DNA from: the human T2T-CHM13v2.0 reference genome, Homo sapiens
Direction: 5' to 3' (one strand)
DNA: 64,000 nucleotides
Assembly: GCF_009914755.1 (NCBI RefSeq)
Contig: NC_060929.1
Part shown: one piece after another, positions 46,094 through 62,599 of the stretch
How positions within the stretch are numbered: the first letter of the stretch is position 1
Layout: each line of letters opens with the position of its first letter
The notes under the pieces: generated by a model
Database searches by the model: none
The model's input: only the letters and a program-made list of their open reading frames with translations
What the model was told of the DNA's origin: nothing
Made by a program: the position numbers and the translations under genes

Positions 46094-46959
46094 TCTGATT
46101 GCTGTACCTTTTGACAGGACTCTTGAGTGTTGGTTATGTTGGGCATAAAGTTTATTTTCCTTAGAATTTTACTTTTGAGCATTCTTTGTGGCCTTGAAAG
46201 GAAAGGGCTACTCCAGAGAGAACTTTTGTTTCTTCTTCCTGATGCTCAGGTGTATTACTGGATTAGAGTCATTCTGAACACAATTCTTACCTGAGCTTTC
46301 CCCAATCACTGAGAATCATTTCAGTTTGGGCTTTTAATAAGATTTTGTTTCCAAATTATTAATGGTGATAATTTCCTTCAACTTTGTACCCAGATTTGAA
46401 GAGTCAATTTTCTCTGCAATTCCTGAGGCAGTGATAGAATTTCCAGGTAACTCCTACAGGAAAGTGCAGTCCTTGGTGTTGAAATTCAGTGGAAGAGAAC
46501 ATACTATTATACTGTCTTTCAAAGTCACTCCAAATGCTTTTGGAGTGACTGCAGGTCGCAGTTCTCTGCTTACATCCCTAGGTCCCTGCTTAAAAAAAAA
46601 AAAAAATCTGATAATCTCTTACTCTCATACCAACTAATTGACATATCTCGGAAGGTATTTTCTATATTATATTAAGGAATAATTACTGGTTTTAGTGGAA
46701 GAGTTGATTCAAGCAACTAACCCATTATGTTGTCAAGTAGAATTTGTTCTTGTTCTTAAGTTTTCAGGTGATGAGTTTGGCTTCAATATTCACATTAGCG
46801 TTCTGCAAAGTTAAGCCTAGAGACTGAGTTTGCCTTGTTAGGAAATCTGCTTGCCATTTTAGGAGTATCTACAGGTGAATAAAATTAGCTTTGGTAATGA
46901 ACCAACATTCTAAACTGCTAGGCAATTGATTAAAGCAGTTAGTAAGCATCATACATTAT

Positions 46960-47830
46960 CTTAAGTTTTAATTAAAAATTAAACATAAAAGTGAAAATTA
47001 TAGATCAATGAACCATTCCCTATATACACATCATCCAGATTCAATAACTATCAATTTTATTTTGCCTCTTGTTCTATTCATTTTTTGTTTTTATTTTGTA
47101 CTTAAATCATTTAAAATTCTAGCTCTCATATAATTTTCTGCCTATGTATTTTCTATACACATCTCTAATACATATGTATATTTTCTTACCTAGCCACAAT
47201 TATATCACACCTAATAATATTACCATTAATATTTTTATATAACAACCAAGGCATACATTTTCTCAGTTTTCTCAACATGGCTTTTAAATAGTTGGCTTAT
47301 TTGAATTAAGATCTAGACAAGATATATGCATTTCATTTGATGATTTTTCTTAAGGATCTTTATTCTAGAATGTCCCTCTGTCTACTTCCTCTCACCTTCC
47401 CCTTGACATTGACTTGTCCCACATTTCGTGATTCCAATTAATCAAGTCACAATCAGAATTCTGTTGTAAGTGTTCCCATCAGTCTTCCATCTGTTTGACC
47501 TGTTGATAATTATTACCTAAATAAATTAGGTTTTAAGGGTTACAAAATAGACACTACCTATCATTCCTTCTATATTTATTAAGTTCATTACCAAACTTCT
47601 TCCAATGATACTGAATTAGTATTTTGTTTTGGATAATCATGAACTAAAGAGTTTTTAATATATTCAATGTACGTTCAATTGTATTCATTCATCAGACACT
47701 CAAATTTTTCTATTTTTCACAATGGGGCTAATGGGCGCTTGTTCATTTGTGTATCATTTAAAAATATTTGATTAGTCTTTCATATCTTGCTTGCTTTCTA
47801 ATATTCCCTGTTTCTTGTTTTTTTTTATTT
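46960..47830 (-). mobile_element. Ancient L1MC/ME 3'-end fragment
   Basis: aacataaaagtgaaaa..aatgaacc..catcatccagattcaataactatcaa and tttgaattaagatctagacaag..tgcatttcatttga. Confidence 0.6.
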
Positions 47831-48216
47831 CTACAAGTTTTTATTGACAAAATTCAAAATATAATAATTGAATACAACTTTTTGGTAATACAATTCTGAT
47901 GAGAAGAACAGAATTCTTTTTTTCTGGGATGACATTTCACTTAATTGGGCTCAAAGTTAATGTGCCCTATCATCAAAATTGACTGCAAAAATTTTCCTTT
48001 AATAACCATATCCAGCTTGAGGTCCCAAAAACAACTGGTGATCTGGTTTTGGCCCACAGGCCATATGTAGTTTGCCAACCTTTGTTCTATTGGTTAAATA
48101 GATCAATAAGGCCAAATTGGAAAGGGTGTATACTCACATAATATAATAATTTACATGCATAAGAATGTGTATATTAGCACACATATGCATTTTTATATCA
48201 AAACCAACTATAATTT

Positions 48217-51162
<2,946 letters not shown>

Positions 51163-52039
51163 CTATGAGGAGGTGTAAATAATACCATTCATTAGGAATA
51201 TCCCAGTCCCTACAATGCTGATGGCTTCAACTTACCACCCAATAAATGTTCTGCTTCGTTTTGTATTTATATTTGATATGGGATGGTGGTTGATTCCAGT
51301 ACAGCCAGTTCTGGAAACTTTAAAAAGATTAACAGGGGACTTTTCCAGCACCAGACATTAATGGCTCTTTTTAGAATGAGGGATGCTTAATGCCTGTGTT
51401 TCCACCTCTGGGCCAGGTTATCAACTCTGGGGCAATAGAAGTCCCATTTAACCTCCTGTCACAATGTTTGCAAAATTTCCAGGCTTGCTGGTTGAGTTTT
51501 TAGTCTTTATTCTACAGATAAGGTAACCCTTGGTGATGCTCACTTTTAGGAAAGTGGTTTAATTCTAGCTACCTTTCCCACTTGACATGAAGCCCAGATT
51601 CCTTAAATAGGTAGCATGTCTAATATTCCTGTGAATCATTCTGTATTAGTTCCCTATTACCTTTCTGACTTTGAGGTCCCTCTTTATTTCTGACACCTAG
51701 ATAATTTTCTTGGTTTCAAGCTTGGCTCGGCCTTATATTTCATTTATGGTGACATGTTATATGTAATGTCTACATGTCTTCATTGGTATGGGATTCTATT
51801 CAGTCTTCCATAATGTTAGAAAGTTTTCTGAATGTCTTAATGGGAGATGAAAATTAATGAGTCATTTGAAAGCCTCCAAGTATTTTCTGGTAGAAGAACA
51901 TGAAAAGTTTGACAAGATTTTTTTTCTCCCTACTAAATGTTTCAAAAATTCATAAACTCCATCAAGAAAAAATTTTATAAATATTTTAGTGAGCAAAAAG
52001 TGGGATACTTCCAGTCATAGATGGCAAAGTTAAAGTAAT

Positions 52040-52676
52040 TTTTTTTTATTATTGTACTTTAAGTTCTGGGATACATGTGTAGAATGTGCAGGTTTGTTAC
52101 ATAGGTATACACATGCTATGGTGGTTTGCTGCACCCATCAACCTGTTATCTACATTAGGTATTTCTTCTAATGCTATCCCTCCCCCAGCCCCCCCATCCC
52201 CTGACAGGCCCCAGTGTGTGATGACCCCCCCACCCCCGTGTCCATGTGTTCTCATTGTTCAACTCCCACTTATGAGTGAGAACACACTGTGTCTGGTTTT
52301 CTGTTTGCTTTTACACTGTTGGTGGGAGTGTAAATTAGTTCAACCATTGTGGAAGACAGTGTGGTGGGGCAATTCCTCAAGGATCTAGAACTAGAAATAC
52401 CATTTGACCCAGCCATCCCATTACTGGGTATATACCCAAAGGATTATAAATCATTCTACTGTAAAGACACATGCACATGTATGTTTATTGCGGCACTGTC
52501 CACAATAGCATGGAACTAACCCAAATGCGCATCAGTGATAGACTGGATAAAGAAAATGTGGCACATATACACCATGGAATGCTATGCAGCCATTAAAAAA
52601 GGATGAGTTCATGTCCTTTGCGGGGACATGGATGAAGCTGGAAACCATCATTCTCAGCAAACTAATACAAGAACAG
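52040..52676 (-). mobile_element. Short L1PA7-like insertion with a 5' inversion (52040-52305 minus, 52306-52676 plus)
   Basis: An antisense 3'UTR is followed by a sense ORF2 C-terminus. TSD is agttaaagtaatttt (52028-42) / agttaaagcattttt (52675-89). Confidence 0.92.
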
Positions 52677-53084
52677 TTAAAGCATTTTTATTCCATTTCA
52701 TATATCAATTAAGGTGACAAATAAAAAACAAAGCTCCATCCTTAGAGAACTAGTAGACAGCAAAACCCAATCCACCAATTTCAAACAACAGTATCCAAGT
52801 AGTGCTAAATTTTTACCAAATGAAGAAACATTGAAAATTGTATATATTTTGATGTATCCTGGGCATAGTTTCCTCTAAGAATTGAAGAACCAATCAAGAG
52901 ATCCTTACTTAGAACAGGGAAATGTGGGGGGCCTGAGAAAGCCATGGAATTGCTCCATAGTGGGAAGTACCATGCATTGTATGTAATTGTGCATCCTGAA
53001 AACTCAGAATATACCCAAATTTGCTGAGTTCACAAAGACTTCCCTTGTACTCCCCATCCCCATACATCTTTATTTAATCTGCCT

Positions 53085-56000
53085 TGGGACATTTATTAAA
53101 CTGACCACATATTATGTCATAAAGGAAACTTCAATCAATTCCATTAAATAGAAAATATACCTCGTTCTCTTAAACACAATGCATTAAAATTAGAATCAAA
53201 TAACAATTGTGGAAAACAAAATAAATCCAAGAAAACAACGAGAAGGAATTAGTCAAGATAAAGCTAGATATAACTGGAAAAAAAAGTAGAATTAATTAAA
53301 TCAGAATCATGATTATTTGAAAACCCCAATATATTAAAAGTGAAAACAATTCCTAAAACCACTATTGAAGCAAAAGATATATCAGATAGTAAGAAGCAGA
53401 GGTGTAAAAATCAGAAACTAGATTGAAAGAATTATAAAAGTATATTTTATTCAAATGTATTCCAATAAATTGGAAAACCTTTATAAAATTATTTTTCCAA
53501 CAAATGGTAAAATATCAAATGTGACCACCAAAAGATAGAATTTTAGCAGAACAATTACCTGGAAGAACTTGAAAACATTATGGACATGTGACTACAGCAA
53601 ATGCTTCAGTCGCATTTGATTTCACAGGGGAGTTCTGATGATCTGTTGAAACTATTCACTAAAGAAAAAGAAAACTCTTGCATTTATATAAAACCGGAGC
53701 AATGTTGACATTAAAACTTGGCAAAGATAGCATCAAAATTAAACACATAAACATTACAAAAACCACTGCCAATAAGTATAACTTATGGATATAACTGCAA
53801 AAATTCCAAAATAAAATAATACAAAATCCAGCTGCACATTAAAAAAATCCAAAATTAAAATATTAACAAATTCAGCTGTGCATTAAAAACACACACCATA
53901 ACCAAGTCAGGACATTTTCTTGTAAGGATAGTTCAATATTCTATTTCCTTTTGCTAATTCTGCTGTTAATATGATTCTACTAGATTGTTTTAGCATATCT
54001 TAATAAGGAAAATATTGATTATATTAAAAGAAAGTGCTGGAAATTTCTACTTCTATTGCCAAAACAAACAAACAAACAAACAAACAAAACCTGTGAATTA
54101 GGTAGAGATGCATACTTTCTTAACTGGGTAAAATATACATGTCTGAGCAAATTCCAGTATCATGCTCAATAGTGATCTACTTGAAGTGCTTCCATCAATG
54201 TGACTTTTATCTTTAATTTTATGTAATATTGTGGACATATCAGTAAATGATATTCAAAAAATTTTACAAAGAATTTTCACTATTGGAAAGTTGAAGCCAA
54301 AATTATTATTTTTTATTTTTAAAAAATGCCATTTTATTCCTAGAAAACACCAAATAGTCCAGTGGAGAAAAATTAGAAATAAAAACAAATTGAGAGTCAT
54401 TTGCCTGATTATAAAATTAATAGCTTCCTTATGTATTATAACTGGTGAAATAATGTGATGGATAAAATCTCCTTTTCACAAAAGCAATAAAATAGTAAAA
54501 TACCGAGGTATACATTTAATAACATAATTTATATGACTTGTGCAATAAACGATTTCAACCATAGAATGAGGTTTGTAAATAGAATGAGTTCATTGTTTTT
54601 AGGCAACAAATCGGTATTCTAGAGATTGCAACTCTCTAAATTATGTAAGTTCAATATTGTGACAAAAATAGGAAAGTAATTTTTGCAGCAAACGAATTAG
54701 ATGCTTTTTTGGAGAAATAAGCACTGAAGTATAACGTAGAAAACTTAAAAAGGGGTATTGAAAGTTCATTAGGCTTGAAAAATTTTTAAATGTTTCAAAA
54801 TATTTCACTAAGACAATTTTCTTGCACTTCATAAAAATATAGATCAGTGTATAAAAAGATACATTATAAAATAAGCTCACACATATGTAGAAATTTAGTA
54901 TATAATAACTATGGTATTTAACTGGGTGGTTACTTAGAAAAAACCCTGAAACTCTATCTCAGATGTTCTATTGAACACACAACATACACACAGACCCTAT
55001 CTCCTATTAGATCACAAATTTAAAAGTTAAAAAACAAAACTCTTCATTAAAAACTATGGCATTCTTTCCATAATACGGAGTGAGGAAACTCCAGACAGGA
55101 AATCTCTATCTTATAAATTTTAAAAAAAAAAAGATCCATTTGACTACATGAAAATTTAAATGTTCTACATGACACAAATAAAGTCAAGATAAAAAATGTC
55201 ACTCTACGAAAAATGTTTATTAAATACGACACCTAATGCAAGGGCCAGTTTTCTTATTGAATATTTTGTTAATTGTAATTCACATTTTTTCCACATTTTA
55301 ATGTCTCTCAAATTGGAATGTCAAGAAGCTTCCTAAAATGTCATCACTGTAAGAAACAGATGACTTGGAAGGCCAGTGGTTGGTGGGAAATCAGACAAGT
55401 ATAGTAACTTTCCTGCAGCTGGAGTGAAGGGTAGATTAGGCTCAGTGACTTTTAGTTGTTTTAGGGACTGTTTAAAAAAATGCTTTAATATTTGTGCTCT
55501 TGATTGCACAGCAGACACTATTATGGGGCAAAACATGGATATAAAAGACTCAGTGTTGCCAAATGATACTGAAGAGTCCGACATTTAATTGAAGAAGTGT
55601 GTTTTGTTCTTTTGTATATGTGCAAGAGCGAAACATGACAAAAACATCCATTTACGTATATAAATGGATTTTTTAATATGTTCAAATTAAAAATGTGATA
55701 AGAAAGCACTGTTTCTTAATTTAATAGACAGGGATTTTTTTCCCCCTACGTGGTGCATAGTACCATAGGTGATGTCTTAGGTTTGTTGAAATATGTAACA
55801 TAATGGACTTCTATAAATCCATGAGAGATAATCCAAATTCATATTTAAAGAAATTCAAATGACTCTTAAAGATATGAACAGGGATTGATGTTATTCATAA
55901 TTTTCAAGATAAAGTCTTTTTTTAAGATGAAATCCTATTTTGGCTATCAGATTTATCAAAACTCAAATACAGTGTGGGTGAGGGTAATTGTAAACAGACA

Positions 56001-56480
56001 TTCTCATACAGTTTTAGTGATGGATTAAACTCACTGACTCTCCTGAAAGGGCAATTAAATAATGATTATCATAATTAAGAACAAAAATAGAGTTTAAATA
56101 ATAATTCAATATGTGTAAATTTATCCTACAGATATTCATACACATGTACAACTATATCTCTGCAAAGAAGATCACTGCATTATTTTTAATAGTGAAAAAC
56201 AAAAACAATTTTAGTGTTAATAGCTAATTGAGTAAATTATGAGATATCCAACAAATATGATAATTTCTTATAAACAAGGCAGATGTTTATATGCTAACAT
56301 AGAAATGTCTTCAGAATATATTTTCAGCAAAAAGAGAACAGGTTCAGAATAGTATCTACGTGTGTATATACAGTAGACATTCATTCACTTGTTGAAGAAG
56401 TAAAAGAACTATATATTTCTAAGATTGTGTTTGTATGTATGTATGCACACATATATAAAATTTTAAAGTATATACCAATA
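53085..56480 (+). mobile_element. Very old L1 (L1M5/ME) ORF2 to 3' remnant
   Basis: A-rich sense L1 motifs: cacaatgcattaaaattagaatcaa, gatttcacaggggagttct, caccataaccaagt and gtaaacagacattctcataca. Confidence 0.7.
55259..55797 (+). mobile_element. Kanga/MER104-type (TcMar-Tc2) internally deleted DNA transposon
   Basis: 5' end cacattttttccacattttaatgtctctcaaattggaatg and 3' end gatgtcttaggtttgttgaaatatg. ORF 55376-55588 has LKKCFNICALDCTADTI, like the pogo/Tc2 transposase C-terminus FKKCxISNALDGTEDD. Confidence 0.75.
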
Positions 56481-57405
56481 GCAGTGTTATCTTTCAATCA
56501 AAATTCTAGTTCAAAAAAAGAATAGACGTATGACATTTGCCCATTTAGGTAAGTAGCCTCAGACAGCTTTTGTATGTGCACACAGTGACTGATATCTATC
56601 TGATTAACCTGACCTCTAGTTATTTACCTTGAACCTGTTTGACGAGTTTTGGTTTCTTGGTGGGTTTACATCAGGTGAGGAGCAGTCCTGTCCCACCCCC
56701 TATGCCCTTGCAATTCTTTTGTTTGGTTCAGCCAAAGTTGACTGTTATGCTCAGTGCTCTTATTGCTTTATAGGTATTTCAGAGATCTCACTGTAGAAAG
56801 ATGTAGTCCTGTTTGATTTGGGGGTATGGCCTTTTTTTCTCTACATGGGCTGCTTTTTAAATTGTTTTCTTTGAAAATATTATAGGGTCCCACACATAAT
56901 GCTGAATATTTCTATTCTTTGTTCTAGCTGTGCTCCCAAACATGCTGTTAGAAGTTATGGAAGAAAGCAATATTGTCACTGTGGCAGGAATGTGTCCCTT
57001 CTTTCTGGTGATTGTTAGGACAAGCATTATTATTCTTGCTGTTGCCCAAGTTGAATGATTTATGGGTGCAATATTTAATTTTTGGAGCACTTGACATTTT
57101 TGACCTCTCACCCATCAACCCTTTGGAATTACATTGCTTGGGAGATTGAAATACTACTTCATTCCTTTGCGGATATTTTCAGTTTTCCCTTGTCACAGGA
57201 ATACTGCCCTGGTTTTACCCATGAGAGTCATTTGAGAGGTTAGCATATGGTTTTCAGAGGCAGGCACAATCAGGAAAATGCCAAGAACATCTGTGAAAAA
57301 CAATGTCCCTGTTTAAGTCCTTTGCAAGCATTAAATTTTTACAAAATAATTTATTTCTTTTGTAAATTATATTTCTAGTTGCAATGGTAGTTTTACTAAA
57401 CATAG

Positions 57406-57433
<28 letters not shown>
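57406..57433. repeat. (CA)n microsatellite
   Basis: Read directly. Similar tracts are at 38188-38266 and 62240-62290 (TG/TA) and 54061-54090 (AAAC). Confidence 0.9.
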
Positions 57434-57437
<4 letters not shown>

Positions 57438-58454
57438 TTATCTTCTTTAGAAGTAAAGTTGTATAAAAAAATGAAAATTGTTCGTTATCGTCATGAATTG
57501 CATTAATATAGGTGGCTTTGTGGGACAATAATAGAAATTGTCCTGCTTTTTACCCAGCTATTTAGCTAAAAGCATTTCAAAACTTCTAGAATATAAAAAC
57601 ATAATAGAAAAACAGAAATAGCATATTTTCTAGAATAGATTACTTCTTCCTTCACAGCACTTATGGTGAATGCAAAGTAGTTAAATGTCAGCAACCTTCT
57701 TATATTTGAAGAATGCCATTGGTAAGTGAACCAGATTTATCATTAATACTTAAGAAATCTTGGTTGTCCAGCATATAATAAGTGAGACAAGGCCTTTGGT
57801 ATCTACATTTGTTATTTTAACTGTCTGTGATTCGACATCTGGACACATATTTATTGTTGTTCTCTATAATATAGTCAGGATTGTATCTGTGACCTTGAGG
57901 CTTAATTCAGAAAGAAGATATACCACACTGTAAGATTTCATCACTGTGAGTAGATGCTGGAGTGAAAACATCTGTTATCTTTGTACTAACTGAACTAGAG
58001 GTCTGGCTTTGTTATGGGCCTGTTGTGAGATATGCTCCCTGATGTCCAGAAATGGGTGCTGAATTAATCATCTTGTACTCAGCAAAACTCTGGGAATAAT
58101 ATTCAAAGACCAAAATTCAGAGTTTATTTTACCCAAGAGCCTTCTAAAACAAGAAAATGGAACTGATACTAGGCCATCAAGAAAAATATTTCTTTCACAT
58201 ATGTAATTTATAGCTGTCCCTTATGAAAGACATTTTAAGATATTAACTTTGTGTTCTCTTCACCACCTTATGGCCTCTCAGTGGCAGAAAATATCTTCCA
58301 TATTGGGACACTAAAAAGAAATCACATCTTTCAAGTTTGAGCAGGTAGAATCCTGGAAGTTATTCCTATTCCCAATCCTACTCTTTGAAGGATATACTCC
58401 AATTGCTCTAAGAAGTAATATATTCTGATTACTCAAAGATTTTTGACAAAAATA

Positions 58455-58572
58455 TTTATTCATTCAATATATGTTTGTTGTGTCCCTGCTATGTGCCACA
58501 AACTCTCCTATGCGTTTGGAATACAGCAATAAACAAGACAAAGAGCCTACTTTCAGGAAGCTTTAATTCTAG
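58455..58572 (-). mobile_element. L2 3' end
   Basis: atttattcattcaatatatgtttgttgtgtccctgctatgtgcca..gaatacagcaataaacaagaca..ggaagctttaattctag. Confidence 0.8.
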
Positions 58573-58862
58573 AATAATTGTAGTCTTTCATATACTCAGG
58601 GACTAGAACTCTTTTCCTAGCTGAGGTTTCTTAGATAAATGATAATATCTATCAATTAAAAATAACTTCTCAAAAAGGCATTATACATTCCTTCTATATT
58701 TTACTTCATTATCTCGATATTTATTTTTAGAAGGGCAATATAAATTCTTCTGTATTTTACTCCACTATCTCAATATTTATTTTAGAAATTTTTTAAGTCC
58801 AGCCAATTTCATTTATTCTATTCCTAAGAATTGGAGAATTGCTAGTTCATGACCCCTATTAA

Positions 58863-59007
58863 AAATGATCCTTAAACTGGTAATTTCATAAAAATACATA
58901 TTGTGATTCAATATATCTGGCATGGGGCCCAAGATTATCCTGCATTTGTAGCCACCTACCAGGTAATGCTGATGCCTTTGGTCTATGGACCACCCTGAAT
59001 AGCAAGC
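58863..59007 (+). mobile_element. MER5A (hAT-Charlie)
   Basis: tgattcaatatatctggcatggggcccaaga..ctgcattt..ccaggtaatgctgatgc..tggtctatggaccaccctgaatagcaag. Confidence 0.75.
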
Positions 59008-59249
59008 CTCTGTATGACAATGTAAATTAAACATGCTTTAGTCCTCCCTATGACTCAATTATGCAAGTCTTTAGACTTTATTAATTTTATCCTTCACAGT
59101 AAAAATTGTCAAATGTGACTTTCTAAGACAGGTGGGGATTATTATTTATAATGTCCCACCCCACAAAGAAGGGGCTAAAAAAATCTTTAAAGATTTGATC
59201 ATTAATTGTATCATTCAACACACTTATGGTATAGTGAATAGGAGATATG

Positions 59250-59455
59250 TAATAGTAACTGAGAGTTGGAAATTTAGAATCAGGAAATTCCTTATTATTT
59301 ATGTAATAGGAAGAAAGTTACTCTCTCTAAGCCTGTTTATCTGTAAAGTAGGGATGACTAACATCACTTGACACATAGGGTTGTTATGAAGATTATGAGA
59401 TGATGCTCACATAACTCCTGGCACATATTGTGTACTCAATGCTAGCTCTCTAATT
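59250..59455 (+). mobile_element. MIR
   Basis: aagttactctctctaagcctgtttatctgtaaagtagggatga..catagggttgttatgaagatta. Confidence 0.8.
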
Positions 59456-59479
59456 ATTACCATGCGCAAGGGCTATAGA

Positions 59480-60100
59480 AGGATAAAAAAAATGAAGACT
59501 TTCATTCTATGCTCACAGAAGATACTATCTGGCATGGAGATAAGATTTACATGTTAGTAACAAATTCAAACTGGAAAGATTGGTAAAGAAGAACAAATAA
59601 AGTGCAGTGGGAGAAGAGGAAGTGATTGGTTCGCTTTGGGATCATTACAGTTGCACCCTTCTTGAAAGCTCACTATGCATCTGTCTCTCAGTGTTCTAGT
59701 ACTTTACATGTATTAACTCATTTAATCCTCACTATAGACCTGTGATAGGTTGAAATTTTAATAGTCATTTAATAGAAGAAGAAACTGTAGTAGAGATAAT
59801 TTATCCATGACTAGAAAGTAGTTGGGCTAGGTGTCAAATTCAGTCTGACTCCAGAGTCTTCCTCCTAACCACTGTACTGTTCTGGTCTAAAAAGACATAA
59901 AACTGGAGGTAATTTCTGAAATGACTCTTAGTAACCAGGCAGATGAAGATTAGGGCAGGGAAAGGAGATGATTAAGAAAGGAATTACAGGTACCAGAAAT
60001 GGCATGGGCAAAGGCAGAGGGACTGGAAAATGTGGAGCAAGTAGAAAGAGGGGAGTATTTGGATTTACTAGAGCGTATGTTAATAGGAGAATTGAAAGAA
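59480..60100 (-). mobile_element. L2 fragment interrupted by a MIR (~59650-59880, minus)
   Basis: MIR: tactttacatgtattaactcatttaatcctcac..gaagaaactg..cagtctgactccagagtc. L2-like flanks: ggcatgggcaaaggcagagggactggaaa. Confidence 0.7.
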
Positions 60101-61193
60101 TGGACCAAATAACTTGTATTTTCTAAGATTTTATGAATATGATTTTATCAGTCATGGAGAGTAGTTTTAGGACTTCTTAGATTCTCACTGATGGTGTTCT
60201 TTAGAAAAGACAACCTCACTGAAAAAGACCATAAAACCTCAGCAATTGGCATATCTTTAGGAGAAATGTGTTCCCTAAGGATATGAAAGACCTGCATTGT
60301 TCTAAGTTAGATTTGGGTGAAATGTGTGTTGTTTTCCTTTCCAGAACTGAAGAATGGTTTATTCATCCACATACAATTTCATTATCTAATGCTGTTGTAA
60401 GAGGAAAAAATATTTGCCAAAAATTCAGCAGCTGTTTTCTTTGCTTCACCATTGGAAGTATTTGTTCTCTCCCTCAGCAGCTAGAGATTTGCTTCCATAG
60501 GCTCTGTTCAGTCTGTCTGGTTTATTATCCTGGAAATTCAGAGACTAGAAGAAGCATGGCTGACCAATTGCTTCCCTGCTTTCCCACTCCTGAAACTCTC
60601 TCTACCCCTACTCACTCAGAGGGTATACAAACTTGATTCTAAAGGCTTACATATGTGTCCAGCTCCAGAATTTAATATCAACAATATTGGAAGAGCAGTT
60701 TATACTTTCTGAGTCTATTGCAATGTAGGAAAAATGCTTTTCAAACATATCAGCCTGTGTTTTACATTTCTTAGAACATTTTTTGTGGTTTTAGTAGCTA
60801 TTTTGTTTCTGATATTGATTGTCCTTTTCTTTTTCTTTTATAGATGTTGTTATGTCCTAGAAAAATTGATGACAAAAATCCTGGGCTAGTCTAGCTTTAT
60901 ATGGTAAAGTCAAGTCTCTGAGAGTTTATCATTAAAACATTTTGTCTTACAAAACTTGAATCTGGACGTTTTTTTCTTACTGGTATTGTTTCGACATCAT
61001 GTCTATTTATGTAAGTAGCTTTCTCTGCCAAACATAGAAAAGAGACATATCTTGGAACTCAATTAAGAAGAACACTGAATTGAAGGAGTTTTGTTCACCC
61101 CTTCTCCCCATTTTTAGCCATTTCCTACTTTAGGGGAAAAACAGCAAATAAGTGATACAAGCTAAAAATATCCACTGTGTTTTGATATGACCG

Positions 61194-61510
61194 TGTAGTA
61201 AGGTGAATAATGACTCCCAAATATGTTCACATTCTAGTCTCCAGAATCTGTAAATACATTACCTTTTGTGATAAGAAAGACTTTGCAGATGTAATCAAAT
61301 TGGGGATCTTGAGATAGGAAGATTGGGTCTTTGTAAGAGGGAAACAGGAGAGTTAAAGTGAGAGAGGGAGACGTGATGACAGAAGCGGAGATTGGAGTGA
61401 TGTGGGGCGACAAACCAAGAAATGAGGGCAGCCTTTAGAAGCTGGAAAAGTCAAGGAAATGTATTCTCCCTCAGAGCCTCTATAAGGAATGCAGCCCTGC
61501 TGATACCTTG
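61194..61510 (+). mobile_element. MLT1D/C-type LTR, 3'-truncated
   Basis: tgtagtaaggtgaataatgactcccaaa..gactttgcagatgtaat..tagaagctggaaaagtcaaggaaat.tattctccctcagagcctc. Confidence 0.85.
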
Positions 61511-62259
61511 TGTGAGTGGTGGGAGGTCGGGGCAGGAGTGGGATACAGAACTGCATCTTTCTACAGAATCATCCCTGAAATATCTGTAAAACGAGTAAAA
61601 GCTCTAAGCATAGAAGTCGACTTTGGTTGAACTAGACTGAAAAACAAGGCCAATAAAAAGCAACAACAAAATTTTCACCTTCCAAGTAGTGTTACTTCAA
61701 AGTATTTGAAAAAAAGTTTGTGTATTTTTGGAAAAAAGCCTTTAAGACTGTTCTATCCTGTGCACGATTTTCTTTGGTTTCTTCTAGTGTTATTTGCAGA
61801 TTCCTCCTTTTCACGTTTATGTTCTCTAATCGTTCTACTTTATTTTCAGCAGAAGAATATTCTCAAAGTGGTTTTGTTAGTATTGTTGCAGTTGTGAGGC
61901 ACAAGAGTGACAGTCCCTTCTTCCTTCTGAGAATCAGTTAAATCTCATGTCATAGTGGAAACCCACTGTTAAAGTAGTCTTACAAATTTTCCTTAAAAGC
62001 TTACGTGCAGTGCTTAAAAAGGCTAGTCACTTTCAATCTTGGAATTGCTAGGCATCAAATTTCTTGATGAGGTCCATTCAGTCTTCTAATAAGGCAACAG
62101 CTGTTTTAGAAGATTTCTTTGTACTTTATCATAAAAATACTGCTTATTATAAAATTATTGCTTAATTAAATTCTTTGCTGACACTAATACAAAATCAGAA
62201 AACAACAAAAATGCTATGTCCTTGGTATGAACATACATATGTGTATGTGTGTGTGTGTG

Positions 62260-62290
<31 letters not shown>

Positions 62291-62599
62291 GGAACATTTT
62301 TGCTGTTTTGCTTAGGATGGTAGAACCTGTTAAGGGTAATTTTATTCAAATACTCAAAGTTCAGTAAAGCTTTACATCTCTCACTCTTAACCAGGCTCTG
62401 GTACTAACCTTCCAAAAATGAAAAAAGGCCTTATCTTTTCCATGTTCATGGAGATGGAGACATTCTAATACTGAGTAACCTTGGTGAGAAAGGCTTTGTG
62501 TAGTAGAGGATGAAATGAGTTTCAAAGCTCTCCTCTCCTTCAGAAGAGGGCTGTTTTCTTCCACCAATGTGGCTAATAGGTGACTGTTCCGTTGAGTGA

